This document shows positions 63,368 through 64,000 of a stretch of DNA of 64,000 bases, one piece after another (position 1 is the first letter of the stretch; every line of letters starts with the position of its first letter). Below the pieces are notes generated by a model. It did no database searches. It saw only the letters and a program-made list of their open reading frames with translations, and had not been told where the DNA came from. A program made the position numbers and the translations under genes. The stretch spans positions 2,375-66,374 of the forward strand of contig JBJMLB010000114.1 in the NCBI GenBank assembly GCA_045805465.1. Direction: 5' to 3'. The DNA is from Conexibacter sp. (lineage in GTDB: Bacteria > Actinomycetota > Thermoleophilia > Solirubrobacterales > Solirubrobacteraceae).

Positions 63368-64000
63368 GCGGCCTCCCCGTCGGGCTCGCTCGCGCGCTCG
63401 CGCGCCCGTCGTCGCAGCGCGCGCAGCGAGTGCGCGGCGGTCGGGATCGTCGTCTCGCCGTATCGCACCCCGCCGTACCGCGCGCGCTGCAGCAGCGCCA
63501 GCCAGATGCAGACGCCGCGCTCGAGTACCCACACCGGCGCGAGCAGGGAGCAGCCGGCCGGGAACGCGCGGGCGCCGTCGCCGCGGCGTCGACCCCGTTC
63601 GGCGAGCGCGATCAGCGCGACCGAGCCGTAGCCGATCCAGCGCGCACGCCGGCGGGCGAGCGCGGCGGCCGCGAGCGGCAGCACGGCCACCCAGCAGACG
63701 AGCCGCAGCGGCAGCGCGAGGTCGTCGTACGCCTGCCGCACGCGCTGGCCGCGGAAGTGCGCGGCCGACGGCGGGATGCGACGCACGTAGAGGTCGAGCG
63801 GCGCCGCGACGCGACCGCCGTGCGCGCGCACGGTCCGGATCAGCTCGAGGTTCTCGAACATGACGTCGCCGTCGTAGCCGCCCATCGCCGCGAAGCGCGA
63901 GCGGCGCACCGCCAGCGTCCCCGGATAGTCCGCTCCAAGCGAGCGGTTCAGCAGCGTGCGCGCGATGTCCCAACGCGCGTGCCAGGGGAGTGGCTCGAAG
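63316..64000 (-). CDS. glycosyltransferase family 2, C-terminal part (5' end outside window)
   Basis: The frame is open to the window edge. ...LAVRRSRFAAMGGYDGDVMFENLELIRTVRAHGGRV... is typical of the GT2 C-terminal region, and TM helices follow. Confidence 0.65.
   Translation of the reverse strand, partial: FEPLPWHARWDIARTLLNRSLGADYPGTLAVRRSRFAAMGGYDGDVMFENLELIRTVRAHGGRVAAPLDLYVRRIPPSAAHFRGQRVRQAYDDLALPLRLVCWVAVLPLAAAALARRRARWIGYGSVALIALAERGRRRGDGARAFPAGCSLLAPVWVLERGVCIWLALLQRARYGGVRYGETTIPTAAHSLRALRRRARERASEPDGEAAQSSSAATSRLAAPLSA

Overview
High-GC bacterial chromosomal segment. Most sampled lines look above 70% G+C, and gene content and codon bias look Actinomycetota-like; that taxon call is inference only. 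I can support about 65 protein-coding genes, 2 tRNAs, several hairpin terminators and a few operator-like palindromes. Many long ORFs in the six-frame track are antisense artefacts of the GC bias and were discarded.

Layout:
(i) 0-17.3 kb holds mixed housekeeping and accessory genes. These include a divergent GT4 glycosyltransferase pair and a compositionally foreign, AT-richer secreted-protein gene (3929-5200). Also here are an ECF sigma factor fused to a zinc-finger anti-sigma/TM/Pro-Thr tail, a presenilin/SPP-like polytopic membrane protein, tRNA-Leu(UAA), an HAMP adenylate cyclase, a TPP enzyme, Ppx/GppA and a 2-hydroxyacid dehydrogenase.
(ii) 17.35-21.35 kb holds initiator tRNA-Met followed by a 3.9-kb PadR/ABC/FtsX cassette. 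The cassette is bracketed by a direct duplication of the tRNA 3' end plus its terminator, which looks like an integrase-less island remnant.
(iii) 21.6-53.3 kb is a very large catabolic supercluster built around three xanthine-dehydrogenase/CoxL-family molybdenum hydroxylases. Two complete coxG-L-M-S modules are paralogous and inverted relative to each other. The supercluster also carries MocA/XdhC maturation genes, a BMP-family ABC importer, two nitrilase-superfamily hydrolases, two cyclase/formamidase-family proteins, cupins, an amidase, CoA-transferase, enoyl-CoA hydratase, a VOC epimerase, an acyl-CoA ligase, an SDR, and GntR plus 2 LysR regulators. It is probably an uncharacterised N-heterocycle degradation system.
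(iv) 53.3-64 kb holds a decayed region, a broken STAS/sigma partner-switching pair, and a translationally coupled cytochrome c / PQQ-type beta-propeller / caa3-type oxidase operon. A frameshifted P450, an SPW-repeat protein, a CDGSH Fe-S protein and the 3' part of a GT2 gene follow.

No CRISPR array, rRNA or intact transposase/integrase was seen.
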